Assembly: GCA_965369865.1 (NCBI GenBank)
Contig: CBDURU010000020.1
Coordinates: forward strand, 1-40,056
Length of the DNA stretch: 40,056 nucleotides
Origin: an uncultured bacterium
Lineage (GTDB): Bacteria; JAJVIF01; JAPKYR01
Direction: 5' to 3'
In this document: one piece after another, positions 26,268 to 35,287 of the stretch
How positions within the stretch are numbered: the first letter of the stretch is position 1
Layout: every line of letters starts with the position of its first letter
Made by a program: the position numbers and the translations under genes
Notes under the pieces: model-generated
The model's database searches: none
What the model saw: only the letters and a program-made list of their open reading frames with translations
What the model was told of the DNA's origin: nothing

Positions 26268-29215
26268 TACCTCAATGGTCTCTGCCAGGCTTCCTTGAGG
26301 TCGGCGAATGATTCATTTATGTACTCAGTTCTTAACCGATCCCGGATAATCACACGGTCATCGAATGTCAATGTCCCGATTACCGCTACTGGTATGTCCG
26401 CCTCCGCTGAAGTCATTAATTCAAAGAGATCGTCTTTCTTGTCTGCCCCGATTTCAATAAGAAAACGTGACGGGGTTTCGCTGTAAAGAATTTCTTCCTC
26501 AGTAAGCCCTTCCCCGAATTTGTCCTTATCGGTCGTATCAAGCGTCGGTGGATCGGTAAGAACATCCGCAAGATCGACCTCGCATCCGATTCCACCCGCG
26601 AAACACATCTCCGCTAACGCCACTCCCAGACCGCCATCGGACAGGTCATGGCAGCTTGTAATTATTCCTGCATTTATTGCCTTGTACATTAAATCAAATG
26701 TTTTCTTCGCGGTTCCAAGATCGGTTTCCGGCACGCTGACTCCGAGTTCTCCAGATAGATCAAGAAGCACCGACCCGCCAAGGTGTTTTTTCGTTACACC
26801 GATAACGCACAAGAGATTCCCGCCGGACTTCGCGTCCATCGTGATAACTTTCCTGACATCATCGATCACACTCATCGCGCTGATTAAAAGCGTGGATGGA
26901 ATCCGCACCAATTTTCCTCCAGCCCGGTACTCATTGTTAAGGCTGTCCTTACCGCTGATGAACGGAACCCGATACGCCATCGACGCGTCGTAGCATCCCT
27001 GGCTCGCCCGTACGAGATCGCCCAGGGGTTCGGGTGCGGTCGACGATCCCCAACTGAAATTATCGAGGATCGCCGTATGATCAGGATTTCCCCCGACCGC
27101 CACAACGTTCCGCATCGCTTCATCAATACAGGCGGTCGCCATGTGATACGGATCGATAGCGGCGTAGCGGACATTGATTCCATTCGCGATCGCGCATCCC
27201 CTGTTGCTTTCCAGGACAGGTTTAATGACAGCCGCGTCCGATGGGCCGTCATTTTCTACACCGGTCAACGGTTTAATCACACTCGCGCCCTGGACCTCGT
27301 GATCGTACTGGCGTATCACCCACTCCTTTGAACACACATCGAGATGCCCGAGCATTTCCTTTAAAAGGTTTCCCGGCTTTTTGTTTTTTAAAAGTTTAGT
27401 AAGGTCAGGATCCGATTGATCCGGCGGGGGGGGTGACCATGTTCCGATCCGGACTCCCTGCGGAACGCCGTCATGCAGGAATTCCATCGAGATATCGCAG
27501 ATCTGGTTGCCCTTATAAAAAATCTCTAGACGTTTTGTGTCGGTGAATTCGCCTAGATGGACACATTCGACATTCCAGGCGTCCATAATCGACTTGAATT
27601 CATCCCAGTGTTCAGGCGGGACAGCGAACACCATGCGTTCCTGCGCTTCCGATACCCAGATTTCCCACGGCTCCAGGCCTTCATATTTCAGTGGTGCGCG
27701 TTCGAGATGCACGATCGCACCGCATAGTTCACCCATCTCGCCGACCGCCGATGAAAATCCGCCAGCCCCGCAATCCGTGACCGCGTTATAGAGATGCCTG
27801 TCGCGGGCGATCAGCATCGCGTCCATCATACGTTTTTCCTCGATCGGATTTCCAATCTGCACCGCGCCGCCCGACGTGACTTCGCTCTCGTCATCAAGTT
27901 CAATGGATGCGAATGTCGCGCCATGAATTCCGTCTCTTCCGGTTCGTCCACCGATCGCCACCACGTAATCGCCCGGTTTCGCTTCCTTTTCGGACATGCC
28001 CCTGGGAATTATTCCCACCGTACCGCAGTACACGATCGGGTTACCGACATAGTCCGGATGAAAACACAACGCGCCGTTGAGAGTAGGGATTCCCATACGG
28101 TTGCCGTAATCGCGAACCCCCGATACAACGCCTTTCATGATTCGTTTCGGGTGAAGGACGCCAATGGGGAGTTCATCGCGTGGAGTGTCGGGAGACGCGA
28201 AACAGAAAACATCGATATTCGCGATTGGTTTAGCGCCAAGCCCCGTGCCGAGTATGTCCCGGATCACACCGCCGATTCCGGTGCCGGCCCCGCCGTACGG
28301 TTCAAGCGCGGACGGGTGATTGTGGGTTTCGACCTTGAAACATAAATCGAAATTTTCATCGAACTCGATCACACCCGCGTTGTCCTTGAAAACACTTACG
28401 CACCAGGGGAGATCGAGATCGTTCGTGGCTTTAAAAATTGTCGATTTAAGGAGGTTCGGGATCTGTTCCCCATTGAAATTGAAATTTGACCGGAAGGTTT
28501 TATGGTTGCAGTGCTCGCTCCATGTCTGCGCGATCGTCTCAAGCTCAACATCGGTCGGATCGCGATTTTCATTCTCGAAATATGCCTGGACGGTTTTCAT
28601 TTCCTCGACATTCAGACTGAGCAATCCGTCGCGGCTGATTTCCAGTAGTTCATCATCGGAAAGTCCAGATAGTTTTACTGTCTTGAGCTTGAATTCGTAC
28701 GGCGGCATTACGGGGAACGCGTCCTCGCCGGGTTCTACCGGATGCTGGATCACGGTGTTATAGAGGCAGCGTCCGGCAAACTCATTGAGTTCACCCTCGC
28801 TGATATCACCCTCAAACAGGAATTTCGATCCCGTTTTGACCCCTTCGACACCCGTAATTCCCAATTCTGTAAGAGCCTTGAGTGCCGACTGCTCGACCGG
28901 GTCCATCACACCCGGATTGAACGCGACCTCGAAAGTGTTGTCCGATGGGTCGTCCCAATAAGGGGAGTTCACGCGGTATTTTTCGGTAACAGCATCGGCA
29001 AGCAGCCGGGACGCGATTTTTTCAAGCGACGGATTATCGAGGTTTGCCTTGATCTTGAAAATATTGACCCGCCTGACCTTTTGCACCCCGTCGAGACCCT
29101 CTTCCCGGAGAGCGGCCAGGATGCTTTTCGCGACAGGATCATCGTACTTAGATTTGAGTGTTGTTTCGATAGTGTGAACTGGTGTCGTCATATTGGCCTC
29201 ATGATCGGGTGTCAT
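26267..29215 (-). CDS. purL: FGAM synthase synthetase subunit with N-terminal PurS-like extension
   Basis: AQTWSEHCNHK, KVETHNHPSALEPYGGAGTG, DCGAGGFSS, SEAQERM, IRQYDHEV, ISGKDSLNNE, HDLSDGG. N-terminal DPV...LLAD.V.E and PGVMDPV...N.VI patterns are PurS-like. Confidence 0.95.
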   Translation of the reverse strand: MTPDHEANMTTPVHTIETTLKSKYDDPVAKSILAALREEGLDGVQKVRRVNIFKIKANLDNPSLEKIASRLLADAVTEKYRVNSPYWDDPSDNTFEVAFNPGVMDPVEQSALKALTELGITGVEGVKTGSKFLFEGDISEGELNEFAGRCLYNTVIQHPVEPGEDAFPVMPPYEFKLKTVKLSGLSDDELLEISRDGLLSLNVEEMKTVQAYFENENRDPTDVELETIAQTWSEHCNHKTFRSNFNFNGEQIPNLLKSTIFKATNDLDLPWCVSVFKDNAGVIEFDENFDLCFKVETHNHPSALEPYGGAGTGIGGVIRDILGTGLGAKPIANIDVFCFASPDTPRDELPIGVLHPKRIMKGVVSGVRDYGNRMGIPTLNGALCFHPDYVGNPIVYCGTVGIIPRGMSEKEAKPGDYVVAIGGRTGRDGIHGATFASIELDDESEVTSGGAVQIGNPIEEKRMMDAMLIARDRHLYNAVTDCGAGGFSSAVGEMGELCGAIVHLERAPLKYEGLEPWEIWVSEAQERMVFAVPPEHWDEFKSIMDAWNVECVHLGEFTDTKRLEIFYKGNQICDISMEFLHDGVPQGVRIGTWSPPPPDQSDPDLTKLLKNKKPGNLLKEMLGHLDVCSKEWVIRQYDHEVQGASVIKPLTGVENDGPSDAAVIKPVLESNRGCAIANGINVRYAAIDPYHMATACIDEAMRNVVAVGGNPDHTAILDNFSWGSSTAPEPLGDLVRASQGCYDASMAYRVPFISGKDSLNNEYRAGGKLVRIPSTLLISAMSVIDDVRKVITMDAKSGGNLLCVIGVTKKHLGGSVLLDLSGELGVSVPETDLGTAKKTFDLMYKAINAGIITSCHDLSDGGLGVALAEMCFAGGIGCEVDLADVLTDPPTLDTTDKDKFGEGLTEEEILYSETPSRFLIEIGADKKDDLFELMTSAEADIPVAVIGTLTFDDRVIIRDRLRTEYINESFADLKEAWQRPLR

Positions 29216-29244
29216 GTAACTGGAGTCGGTGGGATATCAAAACT

Positions 29245-29274
29245 AAAAAACGGCCCTGATTCAAACAAGGCCGT
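29245..29274 (-). terminator. Terminator hairpin between the 5'-nucleotidase gene and purL (possible attenuator)
   Basis: Minus strand ACGGCCTTG-TTTGAAT-CAGGGCCGT followed by a T run. Confidence 0.75.
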
Positions 29275-29311
29275 CGATATTTTCCGTTATTCCATCCCAC
29301 CACAATGGAGC

Positions 29312-29340
29312 ATTTTATCAGCGGGAACCCGAAACTTCAA
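29312..29340 (-). promoter_or_regulatory. Sigma70-type promoter candidate for purL-purQ
   Basis: TTGAAG-N17-TAAAAT on the minus strand, with TG just upstream of the -10. Confidence 0.55.
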
Positions 29341-29345
29341 TCCGG

Positions 29346-31019
29346 TCACTCAACTCTCGTGATCCGACCCTCGATTCCGGGTGATATGGGTGAGAATTCA
29401 GCAAGGTAGTCCACGAGGATATCCGAGATCACACGTCCGAAATCGTACGGGTCGATCGCGCGGTGCTCGAGAATTTCATACCCGTCGCCGCCCTCGCGAA
29501 TATAGAGAAGCGTCACGATTTTATAGATTTCGCCATCGTCCAGAGGTACAAAGAATCCATCCGCATTCTCAACCTCTATCTTCATTATCCGCTCTCCGAC
29601 CTCGGCATCCGGGTCCCACTCGTACCGGAGTCCCGCGGTCTGGAGAAAACGTCCGGTGCCCTCGTTCAACGGGTCCTCCGCGCGGCTCAGCGAATATTCA
29701 AGAAGTTCGTGGATGTCCGATCCGACCAGCTCAAAATAAGCAAGTGTATCTCCAAACGGAAGGACTTCCAGGATATTGGCGTATGTAATTTCGCCGGCAC
29801 GGATCCCGGATCGAATTCCACCGCCATTGAAAAATGCGATCTGTGTACTGGCATTCACGGTTTCCCAGAGAAGGGAATCGCAGATCAGGTTTCCGAGATT
29901 GCTTTCGTAATGGCGTCCAATTTCTTCTCTGCCTTCGAGATCGACTTCGGATTCCCCCACAACAAGCCAGGTCAGGGGTTCCACTTCCTCGTTCAGGATT
30001 TCGACTTCATCGAGCACCGACTCGTCTTTCTCTATGGACGCGTCTAAGAGAACCGGTTCACCCTCCCATTCGACCGCGACCCCGCTATCATTGAATTTCA
30101 CATCGAGATCGCCAAGGTACATCCCCCAGGATTTTGCCTGGACAATAAGCACCGGATCACCCGACGGGGACTCGACTTCGATAGGGTACGCGCCCTCGGC
30201 GTCGGGATGCGTGTTTGAAAGGAGTGTGTGCGTATGCCCCCCGACAATGATATCGATCCCGTCCATACCCGCGGCCACAGCGATATCGCGTCCGACACCC
30301 GAATGGCTCAGCGCGATAATGATATTCACTCCCTGGCCCGCAAGTTCATCGACCGCGATTTTCACCGACTCCTCGATATTGTTGAAAATGAGATTCGGGC
30401 CGGGATGCGCGAGAGACGGGACAGCCTCGGTCGTGAATCCGACAATTCCGATCTCGCGGCCGCCGATGTCTAGAATTTCATAAGGCGCCACCAGGTCGGC
30501 AAGCAGCGGTTCGTTTGAACAATCGATGTTTGATGACACGACCGGAAAATCAAGCCCGGCGACAAATTCCGCCAGGATCTCGGGACCGTCATCGAATTCA
30601 TGATTTCCGAATGTCATCGCGTCGTATCCCAGAAGGTTCATCGCGTGCTGGGCCGCGAGGCCTTTATAGAGGGTATAGAAAAGCGTCCCCTGGAACTGAT
30701 CGCCCGCGTCAAGAAGGAGGACGTTCTCATTTTCCTCACGAAGCCGTTTTATTTCGGTTGCCCTTCGCGCCACGCCGCCGAAACACTCACCCGCGGCAGC
30801 GTCCTCTTCATCGCACGTGTTGCCCCATTCGTTGAAATCTTTGATACGGGCATGGCAGTCGTTCGAGTGGAGAACGGTGAGCGCGAAAAGGTCTCCGGTT
30901 TCGGGTGGGGTTTCGTCACCATTGGTTTCGGAATCGTCTGGCGTTGCGCATGAGATCGAAACCAGCATTAAGAAAACGAGTGGAATCAGGATATAGAATT
31001 TCGGACAGGATTTACTCAT
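29346..31019 (-). CDS. 5'-nucleotidase / UDP-sugar hydrolase (UshA family) lipoprotein
   Basis: Lipobox VSISC; LHSNDCHA, LLDAGDQFQGTL, GNHEFD, GGHTHT, NGGGIR, VLPFGD, GGDGY. Confidence 0.92.
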   Translation of the reverse strand: MSKSCPKFYILIPLVFLMLVSISCATPDDSETNGDETPPETGDLFALTVLHSNDCHARIKDFNEWGNTCDEEDAAAGECFGGVARRATEIKRLREENENVLLLDAGDQFQGTLFYTLYKGLAAQHAMNLLGYDAMTFGNHEFDDGPEILAEFVAGLDFPVVSSNIDCSNEPLLADLVAPYEILDIGGREIGIVGFTTEAVPSLAHPGPNLIFNNIEESVKIAVDELAGQGVNIIIALSHSGVGRDIAVAAGMDGIDIIVGGHTHTLLSNTHPDAEGAYPIEVESPSGDPVLIVQAKSWGMYLGDLDVKFNDSGVAVEWEGEPVLLDASIEKDESVLDEVEILNEEVEPLTWLVVGESEVDLEGREEIGRHYESNLGNLICDSLLWETVNASTQIAFFNGGGIRSGIRAGEITYANILEVLPFGDTLAYFELVGSDIHELLEYSLSRAEDPLNEGTGRFLQTAGLRYEWDPDAEVGERIMKIEVENADGFFVPLDDGEIYKIVTLLYIREGGDGYEILEHRAIDPYDFGRVISDILVDYLAEFSPISPGIEGRITRVE

Positions 31020-31120
31020 CGATTTTTCTCCTTGGCTATGTCATGTTGCCGATGTAACACGGTTCGATAGTGTACATCAAGTACCCGGGAAGTTCATTAT
31101 AATGGAGGGAAATAAGAAAA

Positions 31121-31207
31121 TCGGGGACACCTCACAAAAAAAATCGGGGACATCTCACAAAAAAATCGGGGACACCTCATTTCGTACTCGAAATGCAGGT
31201 GTCCCCT
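31121..31207. repeat. GGGGACAYC REP-like element with a triplicated left arm
   Basis: TCGGGGACAYCTCA three times (separated by A tracts), then the GCAGGTGTCCCC right arm. Confidence 0.8.
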
Positions 31208-31445
31208 GATGTGGTAAGATAAATAAAGGAGTTTATTTTACTTCTCAATAAGGGCAATGAACCAGGGCAAAGGAAATCCGGGTAAGAAAGAAATCAAGTC
31301 CCCCAGAGGCTGGTTCGGGATCACGATCTCTGATCGCGCGAATTCCTGGCTAACCCATCTTTGGTGGTTGTTGTTCTGGCTAATTCTTATTTTTATATAC
31401 TTAGGACCGGCACTATTGAATGCAAGACGTTAAGGATCAACATAA

Positions 31446-31982
31446 GTGGTCAGGAGCAAAATAAACAACAGGGAAATCCACACACCCGCCGACCTGGTAA
31501 GAAAAGGACCCGGTCGATGTCTCCAGTGGACGCTGGCATATGGTTTTTTGCTGTTCATGTTCCTATATGGCTTTTTTAATATTGTAATGGCGTGCCCATC
31601 TTATGGTTGGTCTGGTAGAGCGAAGTCAAATCTCAGGTCAATTGGAATATCACAACTTGCTTACCAGGATGCAAACAGTGATAAAAAGTATGGTTCTTTC
31701 AATGAGCTAAAGGATTCACTTTACATAGCTGAAGGATACACACTTGGTAACATGATTGAGAATTACTCCATGTCATGGTCTGTATTAAATGTATCCACAG
31801 TCGCAACTGAAGAATTTCCGTTCGGTGTAATGAGCACATTTACTATAATTGCCTATCCAAGGGTATTAGAACAACGATGCATACAGACCTTCGCAATCAC
31901 AGAAGACCAGGTTGTACGAATGTATAATCCCGATAATGAAAATGAATTTCTGGATCTAAAATCCTGGGACCCGATTTTGTAG
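31446..31982 (+). CDS. Pilin-like protein (membrane-anchored), paralog of 32015-32500
   Basis: Hydrophobic helix then RAKSNLRSIGISQLAYQ...YGSF.EL, FTIIAYP, FAITEDQVVR, WDPIL. Start uncertain (GTG 31446). Confidence 0.6.
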   Translation: MVRSKINNREIHTPADLVRKGPGRCLQWTLAYGFLLFMFLYGFFNIVMACPSYGWSGRAKSNLRSIGISQLAYQDANSDKKYGSFNELKDSLYIAEGYTLGNMIENYSMSWSVLNVSTVATEEFPFGVMSTFTIIAYPRVLEQRCIQTFAITEDQVVRMYNPDNENEFLDLKSWDPIL

Positions 31983-32014
31983 CTACAGTCCTGTGTTCAG
32001 CTTAGGGAGTCGAT

Positions 32015-32500
32015 ATGAATAAAAAATTCCTGATAATTCCAATTCTTCTAACCATAACAATCACAGGTTGCTACTCGGCGCGTGGTCCGGCATACGAGTC
32101 ACGCGCTAAAGGCACTCTGCGTTCAATCGGGGCATCGCAGCTTGCGTACCAGGGAACCAATGACGACCATAGCTTCGGCACCTTCCAGGAACTCCAGCGG
32201 AGCCTGTACATCGCTGGGGGCTACGGCCTGAACACCATGATCGAGGGATACACGCTCGAATGGAACGCATATGCTTCAGAACCGATTCAAGATGTGGATG
32301 ATGGTGGAATCGAATTTGCTGACCGGATAGATGTGGAATCAACCGAACATGAACCGTACGACAGGTTTACCATTATCGCGCGGCCTCGTGATAAGAAATA
32401 CCATACATATGGGATCACGGAAGACCAGGTCGTGAGAGTGTACAATCCTGACAATGAAAATGACCCGGACGATGTAGCAACATGGGATCCGATTGTGTGA
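32015..32500 (+). CDS. Pilin-like lipoprotein
   Basis: Lipobox ITITGC; ESRAKGTLRSIGASQLAYQ...FGTFQEL, FTIIARP, GITEDQVVR, WDPIV. GGGAG RBS. Confidence 0.65.
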   Translation: MNKKFLIIPILLTITITGCYSARGPAYESRAKGTLRSIGASQLAYQGTNDDHSFGTFQELQRSLYIAGGYGLNTMIEGYTLEWNAYASEPIQDVDDGGIEFADRIDVESTEHEPYDRFTIIARPRDKKYHTYGITEDQVVRVYNPDNENDPDDVATWDPIV

Positions 32501-32502
32501 AT

Positions 32503-32961
32503 TTAACCGTCCCCCCATAGGGCGGGGTGGGTGGTTATTGGTTCTATTCTGCTTTGGTGTGTAAATTGACCTCTAAAGACCCCCCCTGTAATCCCCCCTC
32601 CGGGGGGATGGTATTGATTCAGCACGGCGTTCTGGTTTATTACTCCAACATGGGGGGATGGTTTTTGGTTCTATTCTACCTGGGTGTGTATTTTAACCGT
32701 CCCCCATAGGGGGGGACTACAGGGGGGGATGGTTTTTGGTTCTATTCTGCTTTGGTGTGTAAATTGACCTCTAAAGACCCCCCCTATAATCCCCCCTCCG
32801 GGGGGATGGTATTGTTTCTATTCTATTTTGGTGTGTAAATTGATCTTTAAAGACCCCCCCTATAATCCCCCCTCCGGGGGGATGGTTTTTACTCCAACAC
32901 GGCGCCCTGGTTTATTACTCCAACACGGGGGGATGGTTTTTACTCCAGCACGGCGCCCTGG
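32503..32961. repeat. Array of C/G-run palindromes (CCCCCCTRTAATCCCCCC-TCC-GGGGGGAT) with duplicated flanks
   Basis: Three copies of GGTGTGTAAATTGA...AAAGACCCCCCCTRTAATCCCCCCTCCGGGGGGATGGT (about 32556, 32753, 32829) and inverted-type copies at about 32505 and 32695; lies between convergent genes. Confidence 0.85.
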
Positions 32962-35063
32962 ATCAATAACGCGTCCCGAATATATGGATATTCAAGGTCC
33001 CTCGGTGTCGTATCCCGTAAAATACATAACGCCGCCGCGACCCCCGCCGCATGGCCTGTCCCGCTTGCGACCGCCATGATTCTCGATGAACCGAAAGCGA
33101 TGTGCGTTACAGAGATGCACCGTCCCGCCAGAAGGATATTATCGATTTCCTGAGGCACGAGGCACCGGTACGGGATATCGTAACTGTCGCCTTCCTCGAG
33201 GTCCAGCCCTACAACTCCGCCGCCCGAGAAATCGGCCACATGAATATCGATCCCGAATGAACCCATCGCGATCGTGTCGGAAAATTCCCGTCCCGACAAC
33301 ACATCCCGTCCGGTTAACTGGTACTCCCCGAGTATCCGGCGGGTCTCGCGAATTCCAACCTGCGTGCCGGTTTCCTGCAAGTACGCATTTCCGAAACCGG
33401 GGAAATTATCCCTCATGAAATCCGCCAGAAGTATCGCCTGCCTTCGGGTCTCCACGGATGCATATGTCAGATCGTTTACGTTAGTAGCGTCGATTTTAAA
33501 AACCCTTGTCGCGTTAACCGAAACGGTTCCAGGCTGGACCGTACGTTCGAAATATACGGAATTGATTGGGATATCCGATGGGAATTCTCCATCGGCAACG
33601 GCGTTACGGAAAAGATCGGCATACATGTAATTTTCAGGAACAATCCCGCACGCACGCCGGATTCGCTGCCCCTGCTCGGGAAATGCGATATTTTCATTGA
33701 CGCCCGCCATCCTGAAAAATAATGTCGGCGACTGCGTGAAGCCATCATAGCCCCGGCCGATTTCGAAGGGCACCCCGGCTTTCGCGGCCATGTCGCCATC
33801 ACCGGTTGAATCGATAACCACACCGGCGAGAATCGCAAGTCGGCCGGATTTGTTGTCTACGATTATTCCTTCGCAGTTATTACCGTAAACGAGCGGCATT
33901 TCACCCCACGTATGGAGCATCAGCTTCGTGCCGGCATCAATCACAAGGTCGTTCAGGATATATTTAAGCTGCTCCTTGTCGAAATAAACAACCCCCGGAT
34001 CATACCTGTCCCGTCTCGCGCCGCCACGGGCCATAAGTGCATCCACAATGTCCTGGAATATTCCCTTCACCAGGTCGCGACCGCCAGCCCGGTTCGCCAT
34101 GAACGGCGTGACCATCGCCGCTGTAGCCGTACCGCCAAGAAATCCATATGCCTCGATAACCAGCGTATCGACCCCGAGACGTCCCGACGCGATCGCCGCC
34201 GAACTTCCGGATACCCCGCCGCCCACAACAACAACCTCGGTGGTTACATAGCCATCTATATTCCCGCAATCGTAACGATTCTGAATTTCGGAAATTCGTT
34301 CCTGGTCGGTATGGATAACCGGAATGTAGGATTCCCTCGGGCCGTTATCTTCCATCATCAGCCATTCTTCGTAATCCGACCAGGCCTTCGCTACCGCCGC
34401 ACGCGATGCCCTGGAATCGGAGGCTATCAGGCGGACATCGTCTATGAAAATCGTATTTATTCCTTCCAGGTTCGTGTCGAGCTGGCTCCAGCTTATTCTT
34501 TTGATCGTCGAAAGATTCAGCCCTTCGTTCTCGAGATCGGAAAGCGGCTGCCTGATACGGCACCATACCCCCGGCGGGATACTGTACAGCCGCCAGACAG
34601 AAGATATCCCGTCCCCGTATTCAACTTCCAGGTTGACCGTAAAATCCTCGTCATTTAAAATCGCGGCCTGGAATTCCGAGTACGCGGACCAGTCGGCCAA
34701 CCGTGCCCGGGCAGGATGTGTCAGCGTGTAAAAAACCAGCCGTTTCCCCAGGGGTTCGGCCCCGACATAATATGTCGCGGCGCACGAGTTGGCCCCTGTG
34801 CGCGCCACATCGTTCGTGGATTCGATATAAGTATTAACGTTTCCATATACGAAACGCCCGACCTCTTCAGGACTTTCAAAGTCGAAGAGGATCACATCCC
34901 CGTTCGCTTCGAGTACCGGTGTAAGGGGTGCTACGACTGCCTCGGGTTCAGGCGCGGCTTCGACCAGCGTTTCCGGCGTCTCGGGCGACTGGAAACTTAA
35001 TATCCCGACTGCCGAGAAAATAAGGATAATTGGAATCAATACGTATGAGCGGGGATGTTGCAT
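32940..35063 (-). CDS. FAD-dependent oxidoreductase with an N-terminal signal/TM and a CBM-like beta-sandwich domain
   Basis: VVVVGGGVSGSSAAIASGRLG, FLGGTAT, IDSTGDGD, GIRETRRILGEY, YDIPYRCLVP, NILLAGRCIS. N-terminal LFDFES...DWSAY...GVW..I..PL...IFIDDVRL. Confidence 0.85.
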   Translation of the reverse strand: MQHPRSYVLIPIILIFSAVGILSFQSPETPETLVEAAPEPEAVVAPLTPVLEANGDVILFDFESPEEVGRFVYGNVNTYIESTNDVARTGANSCAATYYVGAEPLGKRLVFYTLTHPARARLADWSAYSEFQAAILNDEDFTVNLEVEYGDGISSVWRLYSIPPGVWCRIRQPLSDLENEGLNLSTIKRISWSQLDTNLEGINTIFIDDVRLIASDSRASRAAVAKAWSDYEEWLMMEDNGPRESYIPVIHTDQERISEIQNRYDCGNIDGYVTTEVVVVGGGVSGSSAAIASGRLGVDTLVIEAYGFLGGTATAAMVTPFMANRAGGRDLVKGIFQDIVDALMARGGARRDRYDPGVVYFDKEQLKYILNDLVIDAGTKLMLHTWGEMPLVYGNNCEGIIVDNKSGRLAILAGVVIDSTGDGDMAAKAGVPFEIGRGYDGFTQSPTLFFRMAGVNENIAFPEQGQRIRRACGIVPENYMYADLFRNAVADGEFPSDIPINSVYFERTVQPGTVSVNATRVFKIDATNVNDLTYASVETRRQAILLADFMRDNFPGFGNAYLQETGTQVGIRETRRILGEYQLTGRDVLSGREFSDTIAMGSFGIDIHVADFSGGGVVGLDLEEGDSYDIPYRCLVPQEIDNILLAGRCISVTHIAFGSSRIMAVASGTGHAAGVAAALCILRDTTPRDLEYPYIRDALLIQGAVLE

Positions 35064-35287
35064 ATATTTATCCTCGGTTAAAAAATATTAATATTTTATA
35101 AGTCCCTGGTTTTTAACAGGAAAAAATTCCATAAACCATAACCCGGGAAGGAAGGAATTATAACATACTGTAATATACACTGGGTTCAACGGCTTTCAGG
35201 AACCCCGAAAAAGTCAAATCGAGCGGATATTTTCGGTATTTGCGAGGTAATTGCAATCGTTTCTTTGGAGTGGCGCCATATCAGAGG

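Noticed and set aside
26520..30953. Many plus-strand ORFs of 80-200 aa
   Set aside because: Antisense to the well-supported purL and 5'-nucleotidase genes.
31250..31360. RNase P- or riboswitch-like RNA (GGAAATCCGGG; GAACCAG/CTGGTTC pairing)
   Set aside because: Only a partial resemblance; too short and lacks the other conserved elements.
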